Notes: generated by a model not told the origin, from the sequence alone. A stretch of DNA of 64,000 nt from Candidatus Margulisiibacteriota bacterium (GCA_050250935.1 JBFWNS010000001.1:96001-160000); one strand, 5' to 3'; positions 50,505 to 60,905 are shown, counted from the first letter of the stretch. Numbers and translations are program-made.

Positions 50505-51547
50505 AGTGGCTAGGGCTGTTGGTTCTTCTTGTTTTGGTCTTTATGCTTCTGATCCTGTACCTGGGCTACCATTTTTCTGCACCGGGTTATCAGGGTGCGG
50601 TAAGCTATCACTTCAACGGCAAAACCTTTGAAAATGCAACCCCCGTTCGTACCCGATTTCTGGATGTTTTGAAATGGAAATGGACCTCTTCCCCACAGGC
50701 TTGGCCCCAACATGTGCCATTGACCTTTAAGCCCGACATTCAATACCCCATTCCCAGCAAAGCCTTTCGTCTGACCTTCATCAACCACGATACGTTTTTA
50801 ATCGAAGCCGATCACCTTCGGATTTTAACCGACCCCATTTGGTCCAAGCGGGCCAGCCCATTTTCGATGCTAGGGCCCAAACGGGTACATGATCCCGGTC
50901 TTCCCTTTTCAGAACTCCCCCCCATCGACGTTGTTTTGATCAGCCACAACCATTACGATCATATGGACATCCAAACCCTTAAGGCCCTTCAAAAACGCTG
51001 TCGGCCCTTGTTTATTACCGGTCTTGGCAATAAGGCATTTTTGATACAGCAAGGCCTGCAAAACGTGGTTGAATTGGATTGGTGGGATTCGATTCAAGTG
51101 AAGGGCTGGACCCTGACCTTTACCCCCGCCAAACATTTTTCGAGCCGGGGTTTATTTGATCGGAATCAAACGCTTTGGGGTGGATTTGTCGCAAAATCGG
51201 CCACGGGGGCAACCCTCTATTTTGCAGGAGACACGGGATTCGATCCTTTTTTTAAGGCCATTGCAACACAATTGGGCCCCATTGATGTAGCCTTATTGCC
51301 CATCGGTGCCTACGAACCCACTTGGTTTATGAAGCCCGTACATTGCAACCCAGCAGAGGCCGTCCAAGCCCATCAATTGTTGGGTGCCAAACAAAGTTTT
51401 GGGATGCATTGGGGCTGCTTTCAGCTCACCGACGAGGCCAGAGAACAACCTTTGGCCGAACTGGCATCTGCCCTGAATCAGGCGCACATTCCCACAGCCG
51501 CCTTTAAAGTGCTTCAACCGGGGCAAACCACGCTGGTTCCGTTTTAA
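50501..51547 (+). CDS. MBL-fold metallohydrolase (NAPE-PLD/RomA-like), N-terminally anchored
   Basis: TDPIWS, SHNHYDH, YFAGDTG, PIGAY, HWG.F. Confidence 0.9.
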   Translation: MKWLGLLVLLVLVFMLLILYLGYHFSAPGYQGAVSYHFNGKTFENATPVRTRFLDVLKWKWTSSPQAWPQHVPLTFKPDIQYPIPSKAFRLTFINHDTFLIEADHLRILTDPIWSKRASPFSMLGPKRVHDPGLPFSELPPIDVVLISHNHYDHMDIQTLKALQKRCRPLFITGLGNKAFLIQQGLQNVVELDWWDSIQVKGWTLTFTPAKHFSSRGLFDRNQTLWGGFVAKSATGATLYFAGDTGFDPFFKAIATQLGPIDVALLPIGAYEPTWFMKPVHCNPAEAVQAHQLLGAKQSFGMHWGCFQLTDEAREQPLAELASALNQAHIPTAAFKVLQPGQTTLVPF

Positions 51548-52077
51548 ACCCTTAAAGCCAAGGTCTTGTGTTTGCCTGCAATGGCCACATATTTTTGCGC
51601 CCATTTTTGGTTTACTGTAAATGCTTCGGGCCCCAGATTTCGGATTACTTTTCCGGGAACACCCACCACCAATGACCCCGATTCGATGGTTTGATTTTCC
51701 GTGACAATGGCCCCAGCCCCAATGACACATCCTTTTTTAAGAACAGCGCCGTTCAAAATGATGGCCCCCATGCCAATTAAGCAGCCATCTTCGATGGTGC
51801 AGCCATGCAAAACCGCCCGGTGCCCCACCGTCACATCTTCGCCAACGATACACGCGTTGTCATTTTCAACATGAATCACACAGCCATCTTGGATGTTGCT
51901 GCGTTTGCCAATGTGAATGCGGTTGATGTCCCCTCGCAGAACCGCCGAATAAAACACCGAGGCATCTTCTTCTAAAATCACATCCCCCACAACCGTGGCT
52001 GTATTGGCCACAAAAACGCTGGGATGAATGCTAGGCGCTTGGTCTAGAACCGAATCTGGCAAATCGTATTTGTGCAT
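51544..52077 (-). CDS. Gamma-carbonic anhydrase family protein
   Basis: LRGD, NIQD..VIH, VTVGH..VLHGC hexapeptide repeats. Confidence 0.93.
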   Translation of the reverse strand: MHKYDLPDSVLDQAPSIHPSVFVANTATVVGDVILEEDASVFYSAVLRGDINRIHIGKRSNIQDGCVIHVENDNACIVGEDVTVGHRAVLHGCTIEDGCLIGMGAIILNGAVLKKGCVIGAGAIVTENQTIESGSLVVGVPGKVIRNLGPEAFTVNQKWAQKYVAIAGKHKTLALRV

Positions 52078-52080
52078 GGG

Positions 52081-52254
52081 CTATCCTTTGGGTGTTGTTA
52101 AATAGCGAATGAGCATCCCCACCCCAATTCCGATTGGTATGATGGGCCAAACCACCGACGCATCGGCAATTTGCAAATTATCCAATAAAAAGACCAACCC
52201 AATACAGATTAATAGAATCCCAGAAACCAGACCCCGTTTTGGCAAAGCCGCCAT
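52081..52254 (-). CDS. 57-aa two-TM membrane protein (LiaI/LiaF-TM, DUF5668-like); absent from ORF track
   Basis: AAGGAG SD + ATG; MAALPKRGLVSGILLICIGLVFLLDNLQIADASVVWPIIPIGIGVGMLIRYLTTPKG; fills the operon gap. Confidence 0.85.
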   Translation of the reverse strand: MAALPKRGLVSGILLICIGLVFLLDNLQIADASVVWPIIPIGIGVGMLIRYLTTPKG

Positions 52255-52258
52255 ATCG

Positions 52259-53140
52259 CTACTCCTTTGTATTAATGGTTAAAGAACCCGATTTTAAATT
52301 GATGTGAATGCGCAATTCTGGCTTACCTGGGTGATAGTGTTCGCTGATGTATTCGTCTGAACGGGTCTTAAAAAAGCCCGTAATCGTGGTTTTAATCATG
52401 AGGGTATCTTGGAACACAATGCGAACGTTGGCCGAGGCTGGCAGGACCAATTTGGCCCGACCTACCCCACCTTTTAGCTCGACATTTCCACTGGGCGTTT
52501 TGTCGCCAGAAAAATCCAATACATAGTTTCCTGCCGAACTGGTAAAGGTTAAAGAGGCGATGTTCGCATTGGATAATCCATAAAAATGGCAGTCCGAAGC
52601 CCCAGAATCGATGTCCACGGTTAATCGCTCGGGGTTGGGCTCTAGGAACAAGACCGTCATTTTACTGGCCACGGTTTTAAGTTTAAGCGATTTTAAAGGG
52701 ATGCCTGTAAAATCCAAGTGCTGGGTCGAGGTTCTGTTTTCGATCTTAATGGATTGGGTTACGGTTTTGGGCAGGGCCAATTTCCAAGCAAAAGCCGAAG
52801 ACCCCAACCGTTTGGATCGCATTTTTTGGCGCAAATACAAGACCTGATGCCCATTTTCCATGAAGCTTTTCTCGAAGGTTGTCATGACCCGGGGATTCAA
52901 TTCAACTTGCGAGGTCACCGCTTCGTTTGAGGTTGCCGATTCTATGTCCAGTTTTCCGGTTCGAAATTGGATATCGGTAACCATGTCCTTGTCCCCAGCC
53001 ACGCGAAACACCCGCAACTGGCTGTGCCCCCGACGTTGCCACACCGGTTCGGGAGCATGTCTGGACACCACCACAAGTCCTGCGACAATCAAGGTGGTCA
53101 GCCCCATGCTGATCCACCGAAGTCTAGTTTTTGAGGGCAT
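52259..53140 (-). CDS. Membrane-anchored beta-strand repeat protein (toast-rack/LiaF-C-like)
   Basis: N-terminal TM segment, repeated L.L..GAS/GVG strands; adjacent DUF5668-like ORF. Confidence 0.55.
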   Translation of the reverse strand: MPSKTRLRWISMGLTTLIVAGLVVVSRHAPEPVWQRRGHSQLRVFRVAGDKDMVTDIQFRTGKLDIESATSNEAVTSQVELNPRVMTTFEKSFMENGHQVLYLRQKMRSKRLGSSAFAWKLALPKTVTQSIKIENRTSTQHLDFTGIPLKSLKLKTVASKMTVLFLEPNPERLTVDIDSGASDCHFYGLSNANIASLTFTSSAGNYVLDFSGDKTPSGNVELKGGVGRAKLVLPASANVRIVFQDTLMIKTTITGFFKTRSDEYISEHYHPGKPELRIHINLKSGSLTINTKE

Positions 53141-54572
53141 TGGATGCAGGGCCTGGCACTGGCTTTGCTGAAGACAAAATGGCCAATAACGCCTTCACTT
53201 TGGCGGCGTGAGCACTGTCCTTTTTCTCTGCAAAATAGGTTGCCATTTGGTTTAAAAAGATCGCATTGGTTTTGGACAACTCAATGGCTTTGTCATAGGC
53301 CGCACTGGCCTGGGCAGAATTCCCTTGTTTGATAAGAAGCTCGGCCTGCAACATGTGCAACTCCGAAAAATCCAATCCTGGATTCATTTCTCCTTTAATA
53401 ATGCCTTTTTCAAGCTCTTGTTGGGCTTGGGTGGGCTCTCCCATCAGCACGTAAACTTTGGCCAAAAAATAATGGGGCAAGGGCGAGGCTGGGTCCCGAG
53501 ACGCTAGGGTTTGATAGGCTGCAATGGCCGTGGCCGTATCCCCTTGGGTTTTGGCCCGAAACGCCCGTACACCGGGGTCGTTGATGACCAATTTATTGTG
53601 GGTCAGTTTGTCTTGGATAAACGCCTGGACCAGCTGGCTTTGTTTATAGCGCAATAATTCGTCTTGCTCTTTTGCAAAATCAAAAGGGGTGGGTCGTGGA
53701 AGACCCCGTTTACCCAACACCCGAATAATGTGATAGCCAAATGGGGTTCGAAATGGCTTCGATATGCCGCCTTCGGGGGTTGCATACAGGGCCGTTTCAA
53801 ACGTCGCCACGGTTTTACCAAGGCCCAACCATCCCAAATCGCCGCCTTTTGATCGGGTTTGAGAATCGTCGGAATACTGCTTCACCGCTTCGTCGAAAGG
53901 CATCCCGGCTTTGATTTTCTGATACACCGCATCTGCCTTGGCCTTAAGTTCGTTTTCAGAAGGCGATTCCGGGCCAACACCAATCAACACATGGGCCACA
54001 TGGACTTCGGAATATTTATCCACCACGTCATCCACATTAACCGTTGCTGTTTTGGCAATTTCGGCGCTGACTTTTTGAACCAACACATCGTCTTTTAGGT
54101 TGTCGATGAATTGATCATAGGGATAATGGCTTTTTTCCAAAAGGGCTTTTAAGCCCTCTTCGCCACGGACATTGTATTGCCGATAAACATTGCCAAGGGC
54201 CATATCCAATTCTGCACCCGACACGTCCAAGCCGCGGTCTTTGGCTTCTTGGGTCAGAAGGGTGTATTGCAGGGCTTGGTCGAAGGCATTGCCTTGAATA
54301 ATCTCAGCCAATTCGGGTCGAATTTTTTGGCCATTTAATTGTTGTTCAAGTTGGCTGAAATTAAAGTACAAAATTTCAGAATATTTTTTGCGATTAATGG
54401 GCAAAGACCCAATCATGGCCAATTGGTTGGGATCATTTTGTTGGGGAGTCGACGTGTTATGTAAACGGCCATAAAACCCTGTGATGGCCAACCCTGTAAA
54501 CAGGGTTCCACAAAACAACACCACAATCACCCAAGCAATAATTTTTGATTTTTCACGCATCGCAACTAGCAT
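53124..54572 (-). CDS. SurA/PrsA/PpiD-like parvulin PPIase with C-terminal TPR
   Basis: N-terminal TM, SurA-N helices, HVLI, YSDD...GGDLG, TPFGYHII, TPR-like tail. Confidence 0.9.
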   Translation of the reverse strand: MLVAMREKSKIIAWVIVVLFCGTLFTGLAITGFYGRLHNTSTPQQNDPNQLAMIGSLPINRKKYSEILYFNFSQLEQQLNGQKIRPELAEIIQGNAFDQALQYTLLTQEAKDRGLDVSGAELDMALGNVYRQYNVRGEEGLKALLEKSHYPYDQFIDNLKDDVLVQKVSAEIAKTATVNVDDVVDKYSEVHVAHVLIGVGPESPSENELKAKADAVYQKIKAGMPFDEAVKQYSDDSQTRSKGGDLGWLGLGKTVATFETALYATPEGGISKPFRTPFGYHIIRVLGKRGLPRPTPFDFAKEQDELLRYKQSQLVQAFIQDKLTHNKLVINDPGVRAFRAKTQGDTATAIAAYQTLASRDPASPLPHYFLAKVYVLMGEPTQAQQELEKGIIKGEMNPGLDFSELHMLQAELLIKQGNSAQASAAYDKAIELSKTNAIFLNQMATYFAEKKDSAHAAKVKALLAILSSAKPVPGPASNALKN

Positions 54573-54589
54573 GACGACTCCTTACGTAT

Positions 54590-55477
54590 CTAGATTGTGG
54601 ATTTTAAGGTCTTTGAAATGGAAATATAAGCGCCCAACACGCCCAAAGTCGTGCCCACCAAGGCCACGCACAAATAGAGCATGTTCAACTTAAAGGCATC
54701 AAAAACCAGGGGAAAATAAGGCAAACTTTCTTGGAATTTTGCTGCAAAAAACAAATAGCTAAATTTCAAGAAAACAACAGCGATCACCGAACCGGCTACC
54801 CCCATCAGCAGCCCTTCAATAATAAATGGCCAGCGAATGAAAGCCTTGGTCGCCCCCACCAATTGCATAATGACAATCTCGTTTTCTCGGGCCAAAACCG
54901 TCAACCGAATGGTATTCACCACAATCAACAAGGTCGCAAAGGTTAGGAGCCCGACCAAGACAAATCCCACAATTTTGGTGTACCTCGAAAACAATTCAAT
55001 CCGCTCGGCCATGGCTCCCATATAGCCCACATCGTCCACCAAATCTTTGAACTGTCCCAAATAACTCGCGATTTCGGGCAGATTGTTGTTGTCATACAAA
55101 AATATCTGAAAGGAATTGGGCAAGGGGTTGTTTTCCACAAAATCTGAAAGATCCATGTTTTTGTAGTTTTGCTTGAATTTTGCCCAAGCGGTGTCTTTGT
55201 CGATGTAAACCACTTGGCTGATTTTATCCACTTTTTGGAGTTTGGCTTGAAAAGCCTCGGCCTGTTCTTGGGTGACAGAATCTTTTAAATAAACCCGAAC
55301 TTCGAGCTTAGAAGAAATAAAATCCGCCAAATTGTGAATGTTGAGCATTAACAATAAAAATACCCCAAACATCACCAAGGACACGGTAATCGTGGCAATG
55401 GAAATGGCAGACATCAACCCGGAACGGCGCATGCCAATCATGGCTTCTGAAATAAAGAATCCCAAATCACGAAACAT
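54590..55477 (-). CDS. ftsX: Cell division permease FtsX
   Basis: NPLP, NTIRL, IMQLVGA, PFIIEG; follows ftsE. Confidence 0.95.
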   Translation of the reverse strand: MFRDLGFFISEAMIGMRRSGLMSAISIATITVSLVMFGVFLLLMLNIHNLADFISSKLEVRVYLKDSVTQEQAEAFQAKLQKVDKISQVVYIDKDTAWAKFKQNYKNMDLSDFVENNPLPNSFQIFLYDNNNLPEIASYLGQFKDLVDDVGYMGAMAERIELFSRYTKIVGFVLVGLLTFATLLIVVNTIRLTVLARENEIVIMQLVGATKAFIRWPFIIEGLLMGVAGSVIAVVFLKFSYLFFAAKFQESLPYFPLVFDAFKLNMLYLCVALVGTTLGVLGAYISISKTLKSTI

Positions 55478-55482
55478 GGTGT

Positions 55483-56163
55483 CTACCCTTCATACATGCC
55501 AAATTGTTGGTCTCGGACCACCTTGCCTCGGTCTAAAGCAATGACCCGTTTTCGAATATCGTCGACCACATTTTTATCGTGGGTGGCCACCAGAACGGTG
55601 GTTTGTCTGGCATTGATTTTACTGAGCAATTGCATGATTTCCCAAGTAGAATCCGGGTCCAAACTGCCGGTGGGCTCGTCGGCCAACAAAATGGGGGGGT
55701 TGTTCACAATGGCTCTGGCAATACAAATGCGTTGCTGCTCGCCACCCGACAATTCGCAAGGCAGGCTGTTCATTTTGTCTTGAAGACCCACCAGTTCCAA
55801 AACCTGGCTGACTTGTCTGCGAATTCTGGATCGGGAATAGTGCATCACCCGCAGGGCAAAAGCGATGTTTTCGTACACCGTTCTTCGGGGAAGCAATTTA
55901 TAGTCTTGGAAAACCACCCCAATGCTGCGCCGCAACATGGGAATTTGGTCTTCGGCCATCGACGCTAGGGACATATTGCCAATAAAAATATCCCCCATCG
56001 TTGGGGTGTCGGCCCGAAACACCATATTCAGCAAGGTCGATTTTCCTGCACCCGAAGGGCCTACCAAATAGACAAACTCATTTTTTTCAATGTGCAAATC
56101 CACCCCATCCAAGGCTCTAAACCCGTTGGGATGAATTTTTTTAAGGTTTTTGATTCGAATCAT
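55483..56163 (-). CDS. ftsE: Cell division ATP-binding protein FtsE
   Basis: GPSGAGKST, RR.IGVVFQDY.LL, LSGGEQQR, ADEPTG. Confidence 0.96.
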   Translation of the reverse strand: MIRIKNLKKIHPNGFRALDGVDLHIEKNEFVYLVGPSGAGKSTLLNMVFRADTPTMGDIFIGNMSLASMAEDQIPMLRRSIGVVFQDYKLLPRRTVYENIAFALRVMHYSRSRIRRQVSQVLELVGLQDKMNSLPCELSGGEQQRICIARAIVNNPPILLADEPTGSLDPDSTWEIMQLLSKINARQTTVLVATHDKNVVDDIRKRVIALDRGKVVRDQQFGMYEG

Positions 56164-56166
56164 GCG

Positions 56167-58152
56167 TTAAGACAGCCTTTTTAAGATCGACTCTGAAATC
56201 GCCGACGCAGAAAAATGATAGTGTTCCACCAAGGCCTTCATGGGGGCGCTGTCGCCAAAATGATCGATGCCAAAGGTCAGACCTTCCGACCCCACATATT
56301 TGTGCCATCCAAAGGTGGATTGGGCTTCGATCGAACAGGTTAAGCGAGCACTGCCCAAAACCGACTTGCGATAGGCTTCTGGCTGGGCATCGAACAGTTC
56401 AAAAGAAGGCAAAGAGACCACACGAACCGATTGACCCGCCGCTTCCAAAGCCTCGGCAACCGCACAAGCCAAGCTGACTTCTGAACCTGTGGCCAGCAAA
56501 CAAACATCGAGGGTTTCTTTGGAAGATTCCGATTCTTTGCGAATCACATACCCGCCTTTTCGAACCCCATCGATGGAGGCGCCTGGTAACTCGGGCAGGG
56601 CTTGGCGGCTCAAAATTAGGGCCGTCGGCGCTGTCGCGTTTAAGGCCGACAACCAAGCCCCTTTGACTTCGGTGGAATCGGCTGGGCGAATCACCGTCAG
56701 CCCAGGCATGGCCCGCAGACCGGCCAAATGCTCGACCGGTTGATGGGTAGGTCCATCTTCGCCCAAAAACACAGAATCGTGGGTAAATTGATAAATGACC
56801 GGTAGCTTCATCAAAGCCGCCAAGCGTACCGCGTTTTTCATGTAGTCGGAAAAGGTTAAGAAGGTTCCGCAAAATGGGGTGTAATAGCCGCTTAAAGCCA
56901 ACCCAGAAGCAATGGCCCCCATGGCAAATTCGCGAACCCCGTATTTGATGTTTCGACCGGCGTAGTTGGCCGGAGAAACCACCCCACTGCCTTTAATGAA
57001 GGTGTTGTCCGAACAAGACAAATCGGCAGATCCACCCACCACAAAAGGAAGATGCGTGTTTACGGCCGCAATCACAGCACCCGAGGCTTGCCGAGTGGCA
57101 CCTGGCTTAATGGGCAGTGCCGCTAGTGTTGCTTCAAAATCGGGGGTAATGCTGTGGTTTTGAAGGGCTTCTAGTTTGGAATGAACCTCTGTGCCCAAGG
57201 CTGAAAACTGGGTTTTCCAAGCGTCGTAGTCTGCGATTTTTTCTTGGGTTTTGGTTTCAAAAAAGCTGCGAACAGCAGCCGAAACCGAAAAGGGCTCCGA
57301 ACCCAGACCCAGGGCAGCCTTTGTTTTGGCGGCCTCTTCAGCACCCAAGGCTTTGCCATGAACTTCAGAAGTGCCTTGGTACGTTGCAGACCCTTTTCCA
57401 ATAATGGTTTTGGCAATGATCAGAACCGGCTGACCTTTGTGGGCTTTTGCCGCTTGGAAGGTGGTTCGAATCTCGGCCAAATTGTGGCCATCGATGGTGA
57501 CAACATGCCAGCCATACGCTTGATAGCGCAGGGCCACGTTTTCATCAAAACACTCGGAAATGGGGCCATCCAAACAAATTTGGTTGGCATCGTAGATCAC
57601 AATTAAGTTGTCGAGCTTCATGTGGCCGGCAAAGGAACTGGCCTCTGCTCCCACCCCTTCCATTAAACAACCGTCACCGGCCAAGGCCACGATGTTTGGG
57701 TTTAAAAGGTCCTTGTCCGCGCCCGAAAGCCCCAAATCGGCCTGAAGCATTTTGTGGGCCAGGGCCAATCCCACGGCGTTGGCGATTCCTTGACCCAAAG
57801 GACCTGTGGTGGTTTCTACCCCTGGGGTGTGGCGAAATTCGGGGTGACCTGGGGTTTTAGAACCCCATTGCCGGAAGGCTTTTAAATCGTCCAAAGACAG
57901 GTCGTATCCGGCTAAATGCAACCCGGCATACAACAGCATCGATCCATGGCCTGCAGACAAAATAAACCGATCTCGGGCCACCCAATGTGGGTCTTTGGGG
58001 TTAAAGCGTAGGCCTTCAGAAAACAAATAGGCCCCCAGTTCGGCGCAACCCAAGGGCAAGCCTGGGTGGCCAGAGTTGGCGGCTTCGATGGCATCAATGG
58101 CCAATCCACGAATGGTATTGGCAACGGAGAGAAGGTGTTGATCGTCTGACAT
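56167..58152 (-). CDS. tkt: Transketolase
   Basis: ANSGHPG, RDRFILSAGH, TTGPLGQG, GDGCLMEG, GVREFAM, GEDGPTHQPVE. Confidence 0.98.
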   Translation of the reverse strand: MSDDQHLLSVANTIRGLAIDAIEAANSGHPGLPLGCAELGAYLFSEGLRFNPKDPHWVARDRFILSAGHGSMLLYAGLHLAGYDLSLDDLKAFRQWGSKTPGHPEFRHTPGVETTTGPLGQGIANAVGLALAHKMLQADLGLSGADKDLLNPNIVALAGDGCLMEGVGAEASSFAGHMKLDNLIVIYDANQICLDGPISECFDENVALRYQAYGWHVVTIDGHNLAEIRTTFQAAKAHKGQPVLIIAKTIIGKGSATYQGTSEVHGKALGAEEAAKTKAALGLGSEPFSVSAAVRSFFETKTQEKIADYDAWKTQFSALGTEVHSKLEALQNHSITPDFEATLAALPIKPGATRQASGAVIAAVNTHLPFVVGGSADLSCSDNTFIKGSGVVSPANYAGRNIKYGVREFAMGAIASGLALSGYYTPFCGTFLTFSDYMKNAVRLAALMKLPVIYQFTHDSVFLGEDGPTHQPVEHLAGLRAMPGLTVIRPADSTEVKGAWLSALNATAPTALILSRQALPELPGASIDGVRKGGYVIRKESESSKETLDVCLLATGSEVSLACAVAEALEAAGQSVRVVSLPSFELFDAQPEAYRKSVLGSARLTCSIEAQSTFGWHKYVGSEGLTFGIDHFGDSAPMKALVEHYHFSASAISESILKRLS

Positions 58153-58164
58153 GTCGTTTCGTCC

Positions 58165-59223
58165 TTACAGTTTTTTCAAAAGTGCGATGCGCGAAGACCA
58201 GTTCACAACATCGTTAATCACAATCAGGGCCATCAGGGCCATGAGCACCACATAGGCCGCGGTGTTAATGCGGTTTTCCCAGAGCTTATTCAAGGGTTTT
58301 TTACGCAACGCTTCAATGATTAAAAACAAAATATGGCCGCCATCCAACACCGGAATGGGCAATAAATTCGCGACGCCCAAACTGATGCTAATCATGGCCA
58401 CCATCCCAAAAAAGGCTGCAATACTGCGCTGCAATTGGTAGGATGTAATTTGAACAATGCCAACGGGGCCTGCCAATTCTTTAAGTCCGGCTTTTCCGGT
58501 GATCAGCATGGTCAAACTTTTAAAAACCAGCCCCACATTGTGTTCAGTGGCATCGATGCTGGCCGACAGTGCGGCCAGGGGACTCAACCGTTCCCATTGG
58601 GTTTCGAACACCACCCCTATCAGGCCTTGTTTCCCACCATCTAGGGCCTCGGGAATTACGGTAATGTTCAAGATATCTGCGCCTCGTTTCAGTTCAAACA
58701 CCAAGGGCAAATGGGTCGAATTATGAATGGCGGGAATCAAATCGTCTTCCACGCTGCGAACGGGAATTTCATTGACGGTTAAAATGCGGTCTCCAGGCAA
58801 CAAGCCACCTTTCATGGCCGGGGAATCTTGGGCAATTTTATGAAGTACAGGCTGGGTATGGGGAACGCCCATCAAGGTGTAGATGCCAACAAAAATAAAA
58901 AATCCCAACAGAATATTGAACACGGGTCCTGCTGCAATCACCGAAAACCGACGCCCCCAACTTTTGTTGTAAAAATTCAGTTCTGCAGGGGGTGGAGAAT
59001 CTGATTGCTCATCGTCCATCCCCGCTAGTTTTACAAACCCGCCCAGGGGTAATAAACGCAGGGTATACAACGTACCGCCGATGGTTTTTCCAAAAATTTT
59101 TGGACCCATGCCCAAACTAAACTCATAGACCCCGACTCCGGCGCGCTTGGCCACGATCATGTGCCCAAATTCATGAATTAAAATAACAAATGCCAACGCC
59201 AAAATGGTGATTAAAATACTCAT
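58165..59223 (-). CDS. rseP: RIP metalloprotease RseP (one PDZ domain)
   Basis: HEFGH, PLGGFV, PDZ, GPVGI, NLLPIPVLDGG. Confidence 0.95.
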   Translation of the reverse strand: MSILITILALAFVILIHEFGHMIVAKRAGVGVYEFSLGMGPKIFGKTIGGTLYTLRLLPLGGFVKLAGMDDEQSDSPPPAELNFYNKSWGRRFSVIAAGPVFNILLGFFIFVGIYTLMGVPHTQPVLHKIAQDSPAMKGGLLPGDRILTVNEIPVRSVEDDLIPAIHNSTHLPLVFELKRGADILNITVIPEALDGGKQGLIGVVFETQWERLSPLAALSASIDATEHNVGLVFKSLTMLITGKAGLKELAGPVGIVQITSYQLQRSIAAFFGMVAMISISLGVANLLPIPVLDGGHILFLIIEALRKKPLNKLWENRINTAAYVVLMALMALIVINDVVNWSSRIALLKKL

Positions 59224-59295
59224 GATGTTTTACCTCGGGTGGCTATGATACAGTATTCTCATCCGAATGGGCCAGAACTCTGGGGGATTTTTACC

Positions 59296-60447
59296 GTGTC
59301 TAAAAAAATTTTTATCAGTGCGATAGAGCCGTCCGCAGACCTGCATGGGTCCCATTTGGTCAAAGCCCTCCTTCGCCAAGACCCCGAGCTGATCTGCTAC
59401 GGCTATGGTGGGCAGCACTTAAAGGCCACTGGCATTGCCATTTTAGATGACTTAACGGACCGCAGCACCATTGGATTTATCGAGCCTATTCGACATCTTT
59501 TTAGGTTTGCCATAGCCTATTTTCGTATTAAAAAAGAACTTCAAAAAACCAGGCCGGACTTGGTGGTGGTGATCGATGCGCAGGGATTTCACCTGCCTGT
59601 TTTAAAAGCCGCCAAAGCTCTGGGCCTAAAAACCGCCTATTTTATCACCCCCCAAGAATGGCATTGGGGCAGCGACGAAGGCGGCAAATCCGTGATTGCT
59701 GTAACCGATTTGTTGATTTGTATTTTTAAGCAAGAAGCCGAATTTTATTCGCGACTTGGGGGCCATGTAGCCTATGTGGGGCACCCGCTGGTGGATAGCG
59801 TGGTACCAAAGCTGTCCCCCGAAGCGTTGCGCAATACCCTAAACCTATCCCCTACCAAACCCATTCTGGCCATTTTTCCAGGGTCCCGAAAACAAGAGCT
59901 GGCCCTGACGGCTCCCGTGCTGCTGGAAGCCGCCAGTCTGATTTCCCGAAAAAAAGACATTCAACCTGTCATTTCGGTGGCCGCCCTGCATTTGGAACAA
60001 AAAATTCGTGCTTTGGCCATCGAGGCTCGACTGCCTTTTGCAACTTTTTATACCGGGGATTCGGCCAGCTTGATCCAAGCCGCGGATCTGTCTCTGACCA
60101 CTTCGGGCACCATTACCCTCGAGCATGCCATTTTAAAAAAACTAGCGGTGGTGGCCTATAAATTTTCGCCGCTGTCCTATCGAATCGCCAAATTTGTACT
60201 CCGTAAAAAACTAGAAAAACTTCGGTTTATGGCCCTGCCCAACATGCTGGCCGACGCCGAAATTTTTCCCGAATTTTTTCAAGACAAAGCCACAGCTTCG
60301 GCCCTAGCATCAACAGGATTGGCCCTTTTGGACGATGCAACCTTGCGCACCGAACGCCAATCCAAATTGGATGGACTACCGGCCCAACTGGGGGATCCTG
60401 GGGTTTTAGACCGGGCAGCAACAGCCTTGTTGACAACCCTTCACTAG
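59296..60447 (+). CDS. lpxB: Lipid-A-disaccharide synthase
   Basis: E.SAD, PQEW.W, VGHPL, PGSR..E, SGTITLE, LPN, PE..Q; GTG start chosen. Confidence 0.92.
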   Translation: MSKKIFISAIEPSADLHGSHLVKALLRQDPELICYGYGGQHLKATGIAILDDLTDRSTIGFIEPIRHLFRFAIAYFRIKKELQKTRPDLVVVIDAQGFHLPVLKAAKALGLKTAYFITPQEWHWGSDEGGKSVIAVTDLLICIFKQEAEFYSRLGGHVAYVGHPLVDSVVPKLSPEALRNTLNLSPTKPILAIFPGSRKQELALTAPVLLEAASLISRKKDIQPVISVAALHLEQKIRALAIEARLPFATFYTGDSASLIQAADLSLTTSGTITLEHAILKKLAVVAYKFSPLSYRIAKFVLRKKLEKLRFMALPNMLADAEIFPEFFQDKATASALASTGLALLDDATLRTERQSKLDGLPAQLGDPGVLDRAATALLTTLH

Positions 60448-60764
60448 CTTTTTTGAACGGCGTCTTCCAACCACGTGGCATAGTCGGGCAATGCTTCGGC
60501 TTGAATGGCCACAATTTGAGGCACATCGAAGGGATGATGGTCTTTGATGGCCTGCATGACAGTCGCTTGGGTTGAAGCAGGGACTTTGAACCAACACCGA
60601 ATTTCCGAAGCCGATTCCAACTGCCCTTTCCACCAATAGGTGCTGGTGATGGGGGCATCGATTTGCGCGCAGCCCGCCAGACGGTAGGCCATGATGGTAT
60701 CAACCAGGGTTTGGGCCTGGGCTTCGGTACTGACAGTGGTAAGGATGAGGGTGACTGAATTCAT
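60444..60764 (-). CDS. cutA: Divalent-cation tolerance protein CutA
   Basis: LAGCAQ, S.YWWKG, HPFDVPQI. Confidence 0.93.
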   Translation of the reverse strand: MNSVTLILTTVSTEAQAQTLVDTIMAYRLAGCAQIDAPITSTYWWKGQLESASEIRCWFKVPASTQATVMQAIKDHHPFDVPQIVAIQAEALPDYATWLEDAVQKS

Positions 60765-60774
60765 GGGATCAATA

Positions 60775-60803
60775 TTGTGATGATAAAATTCTTAAGTTAT
60801 ACT
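60775..60803 (+). promoter_or_regulatory. sigma70 promoter with no downstream plus-strand gene (antisense RNA promoter)
   Basis: TTGTGA-N17-TATACT; points antisense to the small peptide ORF. Confidence 0.65.
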
Positions 60804-60809
60804 GGAACT

Positions 60810-60905
60810 CAGCTTGTAGCTTACCAGGAAAACGGCGAAACCTGGCAAGCCTTACTGGTGGTCTTGACTAATGCTGGCGAGCAATTAACATCAAGACCAC
60901 CAAAA
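60810..60905 (+). ncRNA. Putative antisense (antitoxin) RNA; 3' end unknown
   Basis: Starts just downstream of the promoter; covers two hairpins overlapping the peptide ORF 3' end. Confidence 0.45.
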
